64,000 nucleotides of DNA. Source: Antedon mediterranea. Taxonomy: Eukaryota > Animalia > Echinodermata. Within the stretch, counting starts at the first letter, position 1. Every line of letters begins with the position of its first letter. Positions 62,164 through 64,000 of this stretch are shown piece after piece. The notes beneath the pieces were generated by a model that was given only the letters and a program-made list of their open reading frames with translations, did no database searches and was not told where the DNA came from. Position numbers and translations under genes: made by a program. Where the stretch lies: positions 27,624,912-27,688,911 of the forward strand of contig NC_092675.1 of the NCBI RefSeq assembly GCF_964355755.1. The letters run 5' to 3'.

Positions 62164-63561
62164 GCCGTTCTTTTGTTTCATTTCTTGTTATAAGTGTACA
62201 TTCAAAATCCAGGTTTATAACTTGTCCAGTAAAACCCATTCGACGTTTATGGATTTCCTGTTCCATTGTATCACTTTTTTTGGATAATGTATAAATATTT
62301 AGAGCTGACATTTATTGCTATTATTTATTGCTTTCTATATTCAGTATTCTCCTTATTATTGTTATTTTATTTCAGTCATTTATTTGTATATGGAATAAGA
62401 ATTAGGAAAATGAAAACATGGGGAGTGTAGTGTGGCATATGGATATAAGAATTGCCCCAAGTCTGTAGTTATTTCGAGGCTTCTGGATGTTTTTCTGAAA
62501 TGCAATCTCAAGTAGTATAACGTATAAAACGCCATATGTGCCATCATATTTATCTTTTTACTAATATTAAGTCAAAACTCCGCCTGGAACCCAAACTAAT
62601 GGCTATAGTCTCTGACAAGGATTAGGAGGTGGAGGAAGGGGTACTGGGCTTGGGTGTATAATATTGCAATTAATGTTGGTTTGGATTTGGATGCATTTTT
62701 GTTTTGAGAATATTATATATACAAATATTTCACTACGAACATTGACAATTTGTAGTATCGACTGTCCTTGTTACTGGATGTAATTGCATTGACTTGCTGA
62801 TGTATATGACGTCATGTCACCAGGGACGTTCTATTTATTTTGAGGAAGGAACATTTTGTCCAGATATGGAAACATTTAATATGAATTAGACACTGTGCAG
62901 TGATTCGCAAATTTAGTGTATTTATAATACAAGACGTGAAATAAATTCAATTTTTGAATAACAGAAATGTATATAATGTATAAACCAAATGCTTACTCTG
63001 CCTGCCTGTAGTTTTAGTGTTGTATTGAATTCTGTTGTATCTGCAATAAATAATTAATTTAAATGGGTGCAGAATTTAACAGAATTAGGACTTGAGAATC
63101 GCTCGTTACATTACTGCATGTTTTTGAAAGTGTATTATTTTAATTAAATAGTATGGCTTAAAATTGAGTGAAATAAATGGCACCACCGTGCCTAAAAAGC
63201 ACGAGATTGGATAAATTATGATTTTATCTCTAAATAATGCTGTTCTATTCCGAAAACATAGATGAAATAAAATTATATAGCTTATCATAAAAAGTTATTC
63301 ATGACTTCCTCCATATTGCATAAGCCAAATTATTCCTGTTATACTATTTGTACTAATAGTAATAAAAAAAAGTGAATTCAATCTATTCAATTATCTGATA
63401 CAGTATTACATGTTGTATTAGGCCCATATCGTTACCTCATAATACAAATCACATATCTTTAAGTATAACACCGGTGAGTATAAGTAACCGTAATTATTAT
63501 GTAATCATATTTTGTATTATCTGATTTTATGAAAATCAATGTTTTATTTTTTTCTTCTCAG

Positions 63562-63668
63562 AATTTTATATGCAGTTTAAGAAGTATCATGAACAGTTTC
63601 CGTCAATTTACCGATTATGGATTGGCCCCGTGCCATCCGTTCTGCTATGTTCACCTGAAAGTGCTGAG
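63562..63668 (+). CDS. CYP4V-like: Cytochrome P450, CYP4V-like, coding exon 2 (EFYMQFKKYHEQFPSIYRLWIGPVPSVLLCSPESAE)
   Basis: Acceptor ttttcttctcag|, phase 1 joins exon 1 (G|AA = Glu), LWIGPVP motif resembles CYP4V2 LWVGPVP, phase-0 donor GAG|gtaggt; the gene continues beyond the window. Confidence 0.9.
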
Positions 63669-63733
63669 GTAGGTATATTCTTCAATGTTGTGAATTCTGC
63701 CCAGCAGCATAACACCTAAGGGTACATCTTTGG

Positions 63734-63888
63734 CGGTGGCGTAACGGCTATGATCGCTCACTGGCTAAACCCAGCGGCCCCAGTGGTCAGGGGCCCCATA
63801 GCATGAACAGTCCACTGCAAGTACCCAGCGTTGGAGAGCCTCTTAGGAGTGCTAAACCAGGGGTCTTTACCCTGACGTTAGGCCACTG
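63734..63888. mobile_element. hAT-type MITE with 8-bp TSD
   Basis: atctttgg|CGGTGGCGTAACG ... CGTTAGGCCACTG|atcttcga (TSD 6/8). Confidence 0.6.
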
Positions 63889-64000
63889 ATCTTCGAGAGC
63901 CAACAAAGTGATCACTTATAACAAGAGTGCCCCTTGGATATGGGTTGGCCGTGTGTTAGAACATATCACGTGATTGCGGGGCGCCCTCGCAATCATCTTT

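Overview
AT-rich, intron-rich animal genomic DNA. A marine invertebrate deuterostome, probably an echinoderm, is inferred from the Deu-type SINE, the MITE types and the gene content; this is not proven. Two divergently transcribed genes are partly contained. (1) On the minus strand is a TET/CXXC4/5-type gene. It has a short 5'UTR exon (~27601-27693), a 1.7-kb first coding exon (ATG 27392, donor at 25689) ending in a TET-type CXXC zinc finger ([25 protein letters not shown]), and a 78-nt phase 0-0 exon (18969-19046). A >18 kb intron then runs out of the window, and no catalytic domain is visible. (2) On the plus strand is a CYP4V-like cytochrome P450, with coding exon 1 at 55452-55620 and exon 2 at 63562-63668; neither is in the ORF track. 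The rest is non-coding, with Harbinger-, Kolobok- and hAT-type MITEs, a Helentron/DINE-like element, tRNA-derived SINEs, a 5S rRNA pseudogene and several minisatellites. The most striking unexplained structure is a set of 18-43 bp CA...TG palindromes. Seven of them are flanked by 7-bp direct repeats with an RTNNNAY-like consensus, and all lie in the region upstream of TET. They look like fossil P-superfamily (Galileo/1360-type) excision footprints. Also notable are a perfect DR5 element at the TET promoter, CoRNR-like motifs in the TET N-terminus, and splice signals that could generate CXXC-only or CXXC-less isoforms.
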